DNA of 64,000 nucleotides from positions 2,127,854-2,191,853 of the forward strand of contig NW_003526940.1 of the NCBI RefSeq assembly GCF_000181795.1, in the 5' to 3' direction. Below the pieces are notes generated by a model, which made no database searches, was not told where the DNA came from, and was given only the letters and a program-made list of their open reading frames with translations. Numbering within the stretch: position 1 is the first letter of the stretch; each line of letters opens with the position of its first letter. Of the stretch, positions 39,501 to 54,000 are shown in pieces. The position numbers and the translations under genes are program-made. Source of the stretch: Trichinella spiralis (taxonomy: Eukaryota).

Positions 39501-42500
39501 AATTTGCATTTGTAAGTGATTGTTATATTGCACAATATATTCAGTTTTGGATAAGATTTGAAGAAAAAAATATTGCTTTTTTTTCATATGAAAAATTTTG
39601 CCACTGCTCGACAGCAAGATTTGACATATGATAGAAATGCATTTTTGTACTGATTGTAAAATTACATTCCTAGTTTATTGCACAAACTTAAACCTAAAAG
39701 ACAGCTTTGGCAGAGATTTTTGATTTAAAAATTAATCATGACATCATAAGCATTTGAATTTCATGATGCACTTTGCGGAACTTGTGTCCACATGTGTTTT
39801 TACACTTTAACCAAATGTTCTGCTTGCCAATTTGAAGTATTGATAAATCAACGTCGATGTTTTCGCCAATTTTACATCCATAACAGATTAACGAAGAATA
39901 TGGATGAGCGTGATCAATAGCCTTTTACGAGTTGAGTTTGCACGACGAGAGGTTCAAAGAGCTTCCGCTAATGAAATGCTTCAAACTTAGCAACTCATCT
40001 TATATTCCACTAGACGCTAGAGACTTTTCTTGATTTTCTTCTGATTTCTTTTTCATAATTAACACTCATAATTAACCAACGTCCAAGAACATCTGTCATA
40101 TCATCTTGCATTTCACAACTAACTGTAGGCATATGACAATTTTTACCAAATCTTTAACAAATATATGCTAAATTTTTTACAGTATTTCTTTTTATCTGAT
40201 AAATTTGTCAAAATGTTGTGCTTTTACTTCAATTTTATTAATCTATCAATTGATGATTTATAAATGATGTTTGCTCAGATACTGTTGTTCAAAAGTTGCT
40301 AATTTAAACATGTGAATACCAATAATAATTTATATGTAAATTCTGTCTACTATTGGTGAATGTTGTGTTCATTTCCCTTGGAAAAATATTTTTACTTTTC
40401 AACTTTTCACAATGTCAGAGATCACACACAAGTAATTTTTTCATTTTATCAAAATAAAGCCTATGACAAGTGTAGCATAAAATAAATTTTTCTTTTCGAA
40501 GTTTTGACACTACTGAAGAACAAGGAAGCAGCATTGAACAGTTTTATTATTGAACTGTTTGTGTTTTACTCATTTATTTTCTTTATTGATAATCTATTAA
40601 AGCAGATAATAAAATTAAATTTGGCACCTGGAACAACAACTAAGACAAATAAATCTAAACTGTTGTTTGCTATTCATTCATTTAAGTGACTTCAAAGTGT
40701 AATTATTGTAAAAGAGTTTCTTCGCTTTTTCTGAAATGAAAATGACAGTTCAATTGCCATCCGCTTTATAAAAAGTTAATGCATCTGAAAATATGTTCCT
40801 TTTTATAAAACTGAATTGTGCGCTTTATTGACTTTGTTCGCTTCAGTGTGTCGCTTTGGAATGAGCATTTAAAATTTATGGATTTCAAATGATGCTCAGA
40901 AGTTATTACCTAATATTGGGCAAATTTATGAATTTTTATTTCAAATTTATTAAGAATTTTAAATCTCTTGCTAGATTAACTTCTAACAGCTAGTTAACAC
41001 GGCTTCCACCTGAAGAATGCCCTTTTTTTCTTTTCTTTTCTGGAATACAATTAGTAGTAAGCTTAACAGAGTAGAGAGAGAGTTTTTTTCTTTTTTGCAG
41101 TTGAATGTTCTTTTTGTTGAAGCCTTTTGGTTAAGGCTGACATGCAAATTGATGGTTAGCAAAAATCATAGCTTAGGCTTCTAAATGTCTATGAGTGTGT
41201 AATGAATAAACTACTACTGAAGGTAGTTTTTTTCTGCCTGAACAGTCTGCAGACGTCAATTTTTTATGTTTAAAAATACATTAACTATTTTATAAGTGAG
41301 TTTTGTCATTTAAAATGCTTTTTTTATATTGATCCTCCTTGTATTCCGTACGCACAATTTCATGCATGTCGTATTCTTTCCTTCTTCTTCTGCTTCTTCT
41401 TCTTCGACTCAGATGCGTTTTATCATTTTCACTTAGAAACCTCAATTCCCTGTTTGAGCCGTTTAAAGGCCTAGTAACGTTTGATAATCGATAAATTTCC
41501 TAATGCAAACTTGCTGCTGCTTATTCATGTGAAATATAATTTTCCACTTTTATTGCGTCAACATGTCATGAGAAAATTGTAACTGAGGATAACTTTCTTA
41601 CCAGTTAGCTTTTCTGCCATTACTACTGAGAAATTTTTAACTTTGCCAAGCTTCAGTCTGGGTAAATCTGAATCTGTAAGTATTACTTTGCCTAAACTTT
41701 TCTATTTTATTTACAGTTTCAGTTTTTCATTTTTATATTGCTGCTATCAACCTAATATTGTTTTTTTGTACAAATATCATTTCAGACAGTTTTAAACCTG
41801 TATTACAGACAGATTATGCAATTCAAACAGTTTTAAGGTTTGGCTTGTATTCAAAAAAGAAAATATGCTTTTTAGTAAATTAGCACAATTATCTGAAAAA
41901 TTCTTTTTCACTCTGATGACAGCAACCAATACTAAATTTTATCACTGTTCAAAGCAGTTCATATTGATTTCTTTACATATTTCAAACTTATCATTGAGAT
42001 GAATAATTATAATGCTCGTTATTGTTGTTGTTGTTGTTGTCATTGTTTGAGCGGCACTTCAACTATTCATTTATTTTCCAAATGAATATTGATAATTAAA
42101 TTTGATTTTAAATGCTTAAATAATTCAAGTCAGGTAATTTAATGAAGTTTTATGATGCTTTTTCAAATTTTCATATTTTGTATTTAAAATTTTCAATTAT
42201 TTTTTTCTTAATTTTAAATGTTTTAAAAATTTTGTAGATTGCTGAAGTTAATCAACTTTTCATGTAATATTTAATTATCATATTCATTCTAAGTTGTTAT
42301 TTGAGTAACGTTACATGGAAAATTTAATTAACGTTAATATGCCAATAAAGGCAGTGTATATTGGATAATCATTCCAAGCATTGGGATCAGAGAATTCGCT
42401 TCTTTTAAAGTGCCGCAGATTTTAGCTTTTAAACAAAAATATGAATAAATCAGCTAATTGCATCTAGACTTTCTTTATCTTGCACATTGTCTAACACTAA

Positions 42501-45500
42501 AGTCACATTCGTATGCATTGCTTTTCTAAAGTTGGAGAGAACAGCTTTTGTTCAGTAGACAAGAAGTAAGTAAACACACCAACTGATTAATATTGACACA
42601 ATAATGCTTCAGAAATAAACATTGAAACTGTGCACAAATCAGTCGTATACAATGTGAAAACGTAGCTTCATTTAGAGAACATTTGATTAATATAACTTGC
42701 AAATTTAGATTTCATTTTTCTGGAACAATTATTTTGTAGTTCAAAAAAATCATCCAATTTTTTAATAGAAATAATTTTATTTAAGGTTATTTTTGAATAA
42801 AAATAAAAACATATTAATTATTTATATCATTGGTTTCAGTAGTGCTTTATCCATCAATTAGTGGTATAGTATAATTTAGTAGGCTATAGGCATGCCATGT
42901 TGTTATAAAAGTAATTCTAGGGTTTGTCAGATTTATTTTTGGAGTACATAATTTCACACGCGGTTTTGACTAAATTAAATTGGATTTGAAATGGAGTTTG
43001 CTGTTGTTTGTTTTATGAGTTTGTTAGGAAGAGACGTGCCATTGGGTTTTTCTGGTCGACTAATTTTGATTATCTTATTGCGCTCTTTTATTGACCATGT
43101 AAATTTTAAATCTTATTTTGTCATAATCACATTTTATTATCAAAACTTGTTAACTTTCTTTGATTTGCTTTACTCAATACTGTTTATTTTTTGTTCATTT
43201 TTTGAGACTCCCAGCTCAACAATCAGAACTGCACCTTCTTATTATATCTTTCATCCTCCATTAACGAAACCTGACGAGGGCGGAAAATTGACTGAAAGAC
43301 CCAGCTTGTTAGAAATGGAAACGAATTATTTGTTAAGACAGCAGCAAAAATCCCGTTCATCTATGAGGCGTCGATCGCTCAGCCTTGAAGATGACAAATC
43401 ACCAGAATTCAGAGGACAGACTTACATTGAAATTCCACATATCCGTAATTCTATTCTTTTTGAAAATTTTATCATTTCAAATTTTCTCATTACGTTCTCA
43501 ATTGTACTTTTAGAAGTGATGGAAGACACTGTTCCAATACTCACTGCCAGAACAGCCGATACTTGGACCCCTGCGATGAAATACATCCAACCAGTTTATA
43601 ATTCTAAATCTTTGCCAAGACAACGGTATAAATATAATAATATTGATCAATAGTAATGAATTTTATTAAACTCTTTTTTTTGTTTTAGACATGTTACAAA
43701 TAGCAGAGCTGCAAGTGAACCTGATCTGAGAATAGATCATCGCGGTGCTTCATTCTCCTGGAGAAGTCGGCCTAGAGCTAGGCGATGTTTAGTTGCCATG
43801 TACGACTACAACCCTAAGCATATGTCACCGAATTATAATGCTGTTCGAGATGAGCTGTCTTTTCAACGAGGACAACTTATAAGGGTAGGGATGGAATTTT
43901 CATGCAGTGGGATATTTAATTTACAGTAACTACAATCAGAAGTGCAGGAACAAAAAGATATTTTAAGGTTTTAGAAGTAAACGATAAATAATATATAAGT
44001 TTCAAGGTGTTTGTAATTATAATCATAATTAATCATATAAGCTGAATATTTATTTAATGTTCACATCTGACCTTCCAGTTTTGTACTGTTTAGCTTCTGG
44101 AAGATCCAGATCCAGATGGATTCTACTTGGGGCAAATTAATGGACGCATTGGTTTAGTGCCAAGCAATCTTGTGGTTGAAGTGAAAAATGAGTTACGTTA
44201 CCTTCCAGCAATTCCTGCTGAAGATCCGTATGTTATGCCATTTGGTGGCAACGGTGCCTGGAATCATTTGCCCACGTTGCCATTCATGGATCCTTATACG
44301 CTGCAAAGGATGAAAGAGAACAGCGCATATGGACGTTTCAGGCGTCGTTATGCTACATCAGCAGATTACGAACAATGGGCACATAGCAGTGATCCAACTT
44401 TAAGCCGATATGTGGATTATGAAACATCCAGCGGCACCCCTGATGAAAGATATTCTAAAGTAGTCAGTTTGTTATCTATCTATCTGTGCACTTGATTTTA
44501 TTCATATTTTAAGAATCATCAACGAAATCGTCGAATGAAATTCAAACAGAAATCTTACAGTCTGGATCAACCTCAGGTAGATAACATCCTTGAAAGAGAA
44601 CAGTCACCAGTTTATTGTGCCGGACCAGGTAGCTTTAATCTTGAAACCGAGTTAAAACATTAAAAAATTTTTATGATTACTTAGATGATGAAGGTCCAGT
44701 AGGCCAGGAGTATCATGGCCGAAGAACTGTGTTGCCACACATGAGCGGCAACCACGTTTCCCCTTCTCGGCATCAGCAAACTGGAAAATCACATGGTCGA
44801 AAATCCAAACGTGATATAAATGGTGAACCGTCAGAATATTACCCAGGAAATTCTTTCGTCAATCAACATGAAAACTATTATCAAACTCATTGGCACACTT
44901 CTCCTCGCTATGATTCACCTAGACGTTCTTTGGATAGGCGGTATGAAGAATTTTTTTTTGATAAATTCTCGTGTAAAAGCATTAGAAAATTATACTATCC
45001 AACTAAATGGAATGTCATGTGATGAAAAGCAGATTTTAGGAAGGAACAATAAAAAATTTTAAAGTATATTTATTTATGCACGATGAAAAGTAGTTTCAAA
45101 TTTAGAAATATTTGTTGTCCATAAAACGGAATGAAATGTGAACATTACTTTTCTTTGAAATTATATTATGATGATTTAATTTCAGTTCTGCTGGAAATAC
45201 TATTGGTTATCGTTCTTCAAATTATAACGGAGGGCGATATATTGACGGAGGAAAAGGATCTCCGGATGGACGAGAAGAACCTCCCACTGCGTACAGGCAA
45301 AGACAACTTCATTCGACAAATATATCTGATTCAGAGGTTAGAGCACGACGAAATGAGTCAGGTAACCAAATGAAAATCGATTTTCAAACGAGTTTGAAAG
45401 AAACTATTAAAAACAATGCTTATGTTTCTACTTTTAATAAAAATGTAAAAGTGCAATTGTAATTGTACATACGTCAATTAATTTGCAAAATAATTCAATA

Positions 45501-47692
45501 TTTGTTTGTTGTTTATCTGATTATGAAACAGTTGTATTAAAAGAAAGAATTTTTATTTAGTTAATATTTATATTTTTATATCATTTATTTTTATCCTCCT
45601 CTGAATCGTGTGTTATTAATACTTTCAAATAGAATTGCAGCTTAAAGCTAAGCCTTAGAAATTTCCCTTTTTGTTTAGACATGAAATAATGATTTAATTG
45701 AATTGCAACAATATTTCGTTCAATATAATTCTTTAGGATCAAACAATTACAATAACCAATTGATAAGTATAATTCGAGAAGCTGTTCGCACTGGACCAGC
45801 TACAAGCGTTGTGGCTAAATTTGACTATGACCCACGCATACTATCACCGAATATGGATGCTGAACATGAAGAGCTTCGTTTTCTCTCCGGTGATGTCATT
45901 ACTGTATTTGGTGATATGGACGAGGATGGGTTTTATGTTGGTGAGTTAAACGGCCGATACGGTTTAGTACCGTCAAATTTTCTTGAATTGCCAAACTGCA
46001 ACGGTCCAGTTGATGCATCGAATCAAATGGTAAGCTAATTGATAAATTATAATGGAATATCATCATTTGATAATTTTAAAGAAAGTAGACTTGATTTATT
46101 ATAACTGTTACTGTATGGTATGCAATATCAATAATATTACTGTAATTGCATTATTTGCATATTTGTAAGATTGTTAAAATATAAAATAAGCTAAATGACG
46201 TTTATATAAAATGATAATTGTGTTTATTTGTAGAACTGATTTATTAAATAAGTTATTTTAATACAGTAAATTAATTGTTTCAAAATGTTTATTTAATTTT
46301 CACTTAGGATTAATTAAATATTGTTAATTTGCAGTTTATGTGTAGAACGGTTAGTAATTTATAAAAGTGATATTTTTGGAAATATTCACCAACGGTTTAA
46401 AAGGACAGTGAAATTTTGAAGCTAGTTTCTTTGATCGAATTGTCAATCCCTGACAGCAATTNNNNNNNNNNNNNNNNNNNNNNNNNNNNNNNNNNNNNNN
46501 NNNNNNNNNNNNNNNNNNNNNNNNNNNNNNNNNNNNNNNNNNNNNNNNNNNNNNNNNNNNNNNNNNNNNNNNNNNNNNNNNNNNNNNNNNNNNNNNNNNN
46601 NNNNNNNNNNNNNNNNNNNNNNNNNNNNNNNNNNNNNNNNNNNNNNNNNNNNNNNNNNNNNNNNNNNNNNNNNNNNNNNNNNNNNNNNNNNNNNNNNNNN
46701 NNNNNNNNNNNNNNNNNNNNNNNNNNNNNNNNNNNNNNNNNNNNNNNNNNNNNNNNNNNNNNNNNNNNNNNNNNNNNNNNNNNNNNNNNNNNNNNNNNNN
46801 NNNNNNNNNNNNNNNNNNNNNNNNNNNNNNNNNNNNNNNNNNNNNNNNNNNNNNNNNNNNNNNNNNNNNNNNNNTAAAGCGATAAAAACTTTTAAATGAA
46901 ATTATGGAATTTCCAGTTTTTTTCAAATAATCAGTATAATCGTTTGTTTATCAAATTTTAAAAGTGTCATGTTGTCATATTTTGCAATAAATACAACGCA
47001 TTTTACAGATTTGATATTTACTGCTGACTGTTTCAGTAATTACACTGCATATAATAAATGCATCATGGAAATAATTAAATGATTTGAAATTTATTTTTAG
47101 TTCCAACAAAACAATTTGCATATTTTTCTTCTTTTTCAAATAATGATTTATGTATATTATTTATTATACATGACATTGTTTATAATGATATTTTTCCGCA
47201 CAGGTTTAGATGAAATAGAGTGGTAAATTAAAAAATTTTGTTGTTAAAAATTTTTAAATATATTTTAAGAAAGAAGAAAATGCAAGAGCTGTGACTCGCA
47301 AAGAAGCGACTAATTATACAAGTGCCGCATCTGTTCCGGTAAATTCCGGTGAAAAGAGCAAGCCCAGTTCAACGGTGAATATTCAAGCGACCAGCAGCAG
47401 CTCAAAGTTGACCACAATCGGTGGAAGTTCGCAACAAAATGCTCAGCAAAATAATTCATCCAACACTGTTGTCGGCCAAAGGGGAAATGACGTGTCCAAG
47501 ACAAGTTGTGCATCAGTTGGAAAAGCAGACGGTCGCCGGAGTTCAGTAGTTCCGAGAAAAGGGGCCCAAAATGGACAACGTGCTGCTGGTACGACTAAGC
47601 AAGTGCCTAGCAAACATCTGGTAAAATCTGCCTCATCCAAAGAGGATTCCGGAGCGGGATTTAGCAAAATGTGGAAAAAGATTGTCGAATGA
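27597..47692 (+). CDS. rimb-1: RIM-binding protein (RIMBP2/RIMB-1-like active-zone scaffold), 5' end uncertain; exons 27597-27707, 27838-28024, 35358-35771, 36022-36129, 36297-36484, 36844-36922, 36980-37252, 38511-38854, 39192-39383, 43207-43444, 43514-43625, 43689-43884, 44094-44459, 44514-44628, 44685-44940, 45186-45361, 45737-46029, 47270-47692
   Basis: Domain order SH3 (FQAKYKYRPLKDSPNDNPELEL...GLVPSNYV), three FN3 (VLISWTPP; AQVAWYPGNSN; GPQDGTLLVTWQP), SH3 (VAMYDYNP...SPN...GLVPSNLV) and SH3 (VAKFDYDP...SPNMDAEHEEL...GLVPSNFL) is diagnostic of RIM-BP. The traced exons total 4071 nt, in frame. An exon could be hidden in the gap at 46462-46874. Confidence 0.9.
31561..31645 (+). repeat. 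(CT)n / CTAT / CTTTAT pyrimidine tract upstream of the rimb-1 alternative first exon
   Basis: ttctctctctctccctccctctctctctct... Copy 2 (~51411) has one more CT unit. Confidence 0.85.
31672..31690 (+). CDS. rimb-1: Candidate alternative first coding exon of rimb-1 (MERFPK+C)
   Basis: ATG GAA AGA TTT CCA AAA C|GTAAGT is a perfect donor in phase 1, matching the phase-1 acceptor at 35358. It is preceded by a GC-richer island and a CT tract. Confidence 0.55.
37307..37342 (+). repeat. (TTTTA)n pentamer repeat in a rimb-1 intron
   Basis: ttttatttattttattttattttattttattttatt. Shorter by about two units in copy 2 (~57170). Confidence 0.8.
46462..46874. other. Assembly gap (413 N) in the last intron of rimb-1
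   Basis: Run of n. Confidence 1.
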
Positions 47693-48068
47693 TTTTTTTC
47701 CAATCAACTGAACAAACAGCATTGAACGGCAATGCAACAAACAGTTTGTTTTCAAGTTTAAACAGAAATAAATGCTCACAAAAAGCTGCATTACCCGGTC
47801 GCTAAATGGCAATTCGAAAGAAGTCGAGTGAAAAGAGAATTTTGACTGCAATTTGTTTATTCAACACCTGGTCAGTTACTTGAAAAGTAAAAAGTCAGTT
47901 AAATTTTTAATATTGTTGTTGAATTGTCGTTCTTGTTTGAAATAAATAAATGCCTTCTTATTTTAAAAGAATGTTAGTAAAATCTATGTTGGAAATGATA
48001 AACTAGGATGATGAGCTTTCTTCAAAAAGGACATACATCTAAAGTTGACTAAAGTTAATTCTGGAAAA

Positions 48069-48078
48069 NNNNNNNNNN
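48069..48078. other. Assembly gap (10 N) at the duplication junction
   Basis: Run of n directly before copy 2. Confidence 1.
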
Positions 48079-51000
48079 GATTTGTCAAATGAAATGAAAG
48101 TATGCTTGCCTGGGCTGATAATTTTAAACTCTGATTTCAAGCCCTTGCCGCCTTTCAATTTTTTTTTCTACAGCTTAACATTTCTGCTTTGCCCACGTTG
48201 TTCAACTGCACCGCTATTAGTAGTGATGATTGTCGTTCGATTTGTTCGGATAGGAAAATTTGTGAAACGCCAAGCTGGCATGGTTGGTTCCGATGGGAAA
48301 ATTTTCCTCTGCTCCTTTCATCTTTCTATTTGCCTCAGGATCGTTCATGCGCGGCAAACCTCCTCTGTTATTGCCAATAAATGGACAGCCGCTCGCCTTT
48401 AAGACCACTATATTTAGAGCTGTTTGTAGCGTAGATTTTTATTTATACGGCTTTGCAAAGGCGATTTCATTTTGTTCAAAAATTTTTATCGACATTTATC
48501 ACGCATCATCTCAAGCAGTTTTGTCCATTCTGCCAAACGGGCAACTCTCTAATCGACCGGATATTTCAGTATAACATCAAAAACTGACATTATGCTTCAA
48601 TGATAACGATAATTTATTTCATTGCATAAATTTAAAAAATAACAAACAAATATTTTTTCAAAAAGAAAAAAGAAAATCACAAAAAACAAAGTGAGAACAG
48701 TTTGTACATGTAATGATGTAGTACGTACAGTAGTAGCAAATAAATAATGCACATGACCATCGTCATGTCTTGCTTCATTTTCTTTACTTAATGTTATTAT
48801 TAATTAATTTTTTTTATAGAATCAATTTTGTGATGTTGTTTTCTTGAAGAAACTATAAATTTATAATGAATAACTTTAGTTTATAGTGATAATTCTTCAT
48901 TTACTTCGCTCTGTGTGCTTTTCAAGTTTAAGTGCATATTACAGAATGCAAATTTGATTAGAAAATGTTCTCTCGAACAAGTAAATTTGATTTGTCAGCT
49001 GTCAAAAAGAACAGTTTATTTCAATTGAAATTCTCATTTGATTTCATTAATATCCAGCAGAAAGTGCTAAATTATTCTTAATCAAATGAATAACAATACA
49101 TTTTACATTTGATTAGTTTTTTCTCCATTTTGCTTTCTTTGATCAAAGAAATTTCAAAAATTGATGACATTGACAAAGTTCACATTTGATTATTTTGTTT
49201 CGCAAAATGATAAATCACTTTTACATGGATTTTGATTTGCATGTTTCAAATTATTTAATTTTTTAACTTATCAAATCGACACCAGTGTTTGATAGATTAA
49301 ATATTTTCAGATCTTTCTTGATATTTTAATTCAAATTAGCATGAATTTTTCAATTCGAACACTTTTCATTTTGTAAAAAATAAGAATCATTTATTTTTCT
49401 GAGATCAAAGTAGAAGATTTAGATTTAAGAAATATGCTCAGAGGTTGAAATTAAAAAATGAAGCTTAAAAAAGAAAAAGAAAAACAAGTGAAGTAAATAA
49501 TTCGAAGGAAGTAATAAATTGAACAAGGGCAAGCATCTCTGCCCCCGGTACTTGTATTCAATTACTCTGTTCAGCTGACGTCGAGCATTGATGATTATTG
49601 ACTGCAAGTGTCAAAGCAAATTTTACTTGTAGATAGACAGAGGTGCGAACCGCGCATTTGCATTTCGTCATTAGCAATGTTTAAAGTGATTATTGAATAT
49701 TAACATCCATTGTTATTTACGTTCTTGTGCATGGATCACGTTGATGGATTTTCAAGATAAATGACAATCCTGAGCTGCCAAAAATCATCTGTGAACTCAT
49801 AAAGACAGGCAGAAATTATCAATTGTTCTACTTTCACTGTATTGCATTATTGTTTACTTTTAATTTATCAATATACAATTAATTTTTTGACAAAAACAAA
49901 TGCTATAAATTGTGTTTTGGAGTAATTTTTAAATTTAAGAAATCCTTGAAACTTCAAATGAGAAGTAATTCCTTTTTTATCAGCTGAATTGTGACATGCA
50001 GGAGTAATTTTTAGATACACTTGATAGTCTTCACGGATAAGATTACTCTAAATAAATACTACTCTAAAGAATATTTCAGATTGTGTTACCGTTTGTTGTT
50101 GTTGTTGTTTAATTTAAAAGATTTGAAAGGCGACTGGGATGTGCACTAAATATTACATGTGAAGAAATGGAAATCAAATCTGCGCCTAATTAGAGCCTAA
50201 TTATAACAATAATGCTTTCTTTGCAATGTGCAAATTATGAAAATTTTTACTATTTACTACACTTATCCTCTATTGTTGTTTTGAAAGAGTTTTTCTTTTT
50301 TAAAAGGTTCATATACTTTGAAATTGTCCCATTGTTGACCACAGTTCTTTTTGCCAAGCTGCTGACACGTTTTATTCCATTTTTAAAGTTCAATAAAGTT
50401 TCCATAATAGTTAAACTCTTTTCTTTTCGCCTTTCAAAGAGGTTGCTTATTTGTCTTTTAATCGATGCATTTTTCTTGTAGCTGGCAAATTGATTCACGA
50501 CATTCAAAAACAGCTTGAAGAAAACTATGAAACTTGTAAAAAATAACTGTATCTAATTTTTTTACTTGTTTTTTCTGAGGTTCACTTTTTAAGAAATGAT
50601 GACAATTGTCAAATTGTATTCTTTGAATGTTTATGGACGTTGATGTTCAAATAAGCCATGCATTTTACGCGAGCAATGCTGCTTTGTATTGGATAAATAT
50701 TTCCTCTGATGAAATTAATTCAATGGAAACAATTTTCACCATTTTATACAAGAAAAGAACATTTTCAAAAATTATAAATTAATAATATTAAATTTGAAAT
50801 AAACATATAATTTAAAAGTATATTTTAAAAAATACTGCAAAATATTTTTTTGTTCTATTGTTTTCTGATTTGAATAAAAAAATGTTGATTTAACTCAACT
50901 CTAATGGACAATTGGTATGGAATATGAAGCGGGAAAATTGGCACATTTGAAAAAGGCAAAACCATTCGATTGCAAAGCATTGTTCAACATTTTAAGCATG

Positions 51001-54000
51001 GCGTTGCTTCTTAACGAGCTGCCAATTGGCGGCCTTTGGCCATTGGGCTGTTGAATGCATGTTTACATAAAATGGTTTACAAATCATATCATAACGACAG
51101 TGCTTTTCAGGATAAATTAATTATCATGAACCGTGTTTCAGGCGAGCAACTGACTTCTTGTTAACCGTTGCCTGAACTGTCCTGTTCAATCTGTCTCTGC
51201 TATTTATTCCTTCCTTCTCATGCAACTAATCAATCTTGACGTGTTCCATTACGCGTGACTGTTCCTTTAAATTTAAAGCTGCTAAGTTCGCAAACGCTTA
51301 CTGCGGCAGCAGCAGAAGAGTTCATTAAACCTCCAGACAGCATCCGCCGAGGTTCGGCTTGTTATTGGCGTATAGCTTTCGCTTTTGAAACTTTCCTATT
51401 TACCTCCTCGTTCTCTCTCTCTCCCTCCCTCTCTCTCTCTCTCTTTTTCTCTCTTTCTGTCTATCTCTATCCATCCGTATATCTTTATCTTTATCTTTTT
51501 TTAAATAGTGCGCGCTATTTTCATGGAAAGATTTCCAAAACGTAAGTTATCACTATTTCACTTGTTTATTCTTTCACACCTTGTTTGCTTGTTTGTTGAA
51601 TTCAAAAATGACCAAACATCATTATGAATTTTGTCATTGTTATTACCGTATATCAATCCTTCTCAAATAATAATAATAATATATTTTGCATTGCTTTGTA
51701 AAAAACAAATGCTAATTGAAACGTTACAGTTTTAATTTTTTGAAATTAATTGAACTTGCACACCTCAAAAGACTTATTGTTCCAATTGTAAAGACCCCCT
51801 CGGATGATATTTAATTATTTTTTCACGTTGCAAATGATGAAATCAATGACTAATTTGACTCTGTGTGCATGATTTCAGCATAGATTATAAGTGAAATTTA
51901 AACTCGAGGTCATTAGATGCTAGCTTGATTTTCTGAACTTTTCTATAAAGAAGATCCGCATGTATTTTCAGTGCAATGTGAATTTGAAATTGTTGAAATG
52001 TGCCTCCGAATCAGAGTCATGGATGAGTCTATGCGTGCATATTGATTTAAATTTCTTCCACAACAATGACAACATTTCAATAATATCCATCGCTTTGTCG
52101 TAATTTTTGACAGTTCCTACTGGTGCAATTAGCACATCACATGTTTCTTAGTTTTTTAATGTGGTATTATTAGTTGCAAATTTTTAAACAAGCGCCTATC
52201 AATGCTACAATATGCAAAACTAGAACTGGTAATTTTATGTGCTTGATTTCACTTTTTTTCACTTTTTATGGACAAAAGTTTTCTGCATTTCATGTTTATC
52301 TGAGTGAATACAAAATTGTAATATCGAATCATTGTAAAAGTGCTGTTTTTGCACAAGATTGATATTGTTTGTTAAATCTCAAGTTGTATTTCAATATTAA
52401 GTAGAATATGTTATCTCGAGTTGTAATTCTTATCCTGCATTTGCATTATTTAAATATATAACTATTTCTCTTTACCACTTAGCTCGTCTAAATACACATG
52501 AAGAAATTGTGTATTGAATTTCATCATAACAACTATTCACAGCAAAAAAAAGTACATAAGCGTTTGCAATGTGGAGCCAATTTTGGAAAGCATAGTTCCA
52601 AATGTTAAGATTCCAAAAAAATTATTTCCAGTTATCTATTAAAACAGAATTCATTTTAGGTAAATTTTATCGAACAATTTCAAAATAGATTTTACATTAC
52701 TGTTTTTTAAGTTTGTCTAAAAAACTGAAATTTGCTGTTAAATTTAATTAAATGACACTTTTGATTGAAGAATTGACGTCAAAAAATAACGGATGCAAAA
52801 TTTAATTATTCCACTGGTGTTTGTCAAATTATGTAACAGGTAAAAATAATTTTTGCTGAATAAAAACTGAAATGAATTTATATGTTCTGCATATTGTGTG
52901 GTTCGAATAGTGGGCATTTTCAGAGTTATGTGATTATGTGCGAAAATCTGTAGCGGTGATTGATATTTTACGAAAAGTGATTTTAGCTGATCCAAACAAA
53001 AAACAAAACAAAAACGTGGCCAATTTAATTTTCAAGTATACTTAAATTTTATAAACTCACTGTAGTAGTGCTTCATTCAGTTCAGCATAATTTGCATTGA
53101 TCTGTTTTGGCATCGTTGAGCATCATCTTGAGAAAAAGCAACGTGGAGCCATTAATTTTTCCACTTTTGTCCACTGCTCACTTGAAATTCGCTTCAATAA
53201 GGTGAACTTGAAGTGTAATATATGTTCGACGAGCTGTTTTGACATTTCGCTTCTTTTCAAAGCAGCTCATCGCGTTTTTTCAACGGTTCATCAATGGTGC
53301 ACTTGAAAAAGCATGGTGAATAAATTTTCAAACAAATCATTGCTCATAAGCGGCGTGTTGACCGTCCACTTTACAGCTGAAAGTATTCCACTCAGTGGCG
53401 GATTTTATCAGGGGCCAAAATCGATTTTACAATTACAATTCTCTTTTATTTTCCCAATTGAAGTGAAAATGATGATCTTGGAATTTAGTTGAGGTGAAGT
53501 TATTTTTTGAAGAATGAATGGAAATAGCTTGTTTTGAAGCTCAGCAGTAGCGCAACTGTACATTCATTTCTTTCATATCAATCCATCTCACCAGAGATTT
53601 TCATCAAGGAGCATAAAATAAATACGCTCACTGTGTAAAGCTGAATTTTAAAAGATGCTTTCTACAATTATTTCTCCAATATAAATGTCGTATAACTTTG
53701 AAACTGGCATAAAAGAGAAAAGTCAAAATTGAATTTTATTTCTATTTTGAACGTAATTTCAAATCCTTGGTGAAATTCATTTCACAATTCTCAACTGAAT
53801 TTTTATTTTTGTCTTTATTCTGCTTGCGTGTTAAAACGGATATTGTATTCTGTAGCTGTTTCAATCTGTGAAGTCTAAATTTAACCGCACCGATTAGGCA
53901 TATTTAAAATATATTGGACTTGAATATTGGTAACTTTTATGAAAAAAATTTCCTTTGAAGTTTATGGAAATTTGCTTCATAGTTGTAAGTAATTCAAGTT

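Larger units (their letters stand above)
28222..44159 (+). repeat. Copy 1 of a ~15.9 kb (or longer) near-identical direct duplication
   Basis: Colinear with 48079-64000 through both exons and introns. The ORF track recurs at an offset of about 19.85 kb. Confidence 0.97.

Noticed and set aside
46351..46926. ORFs of 191 and 153 aa
   Set aside because: Artefacts of translating the N gap.
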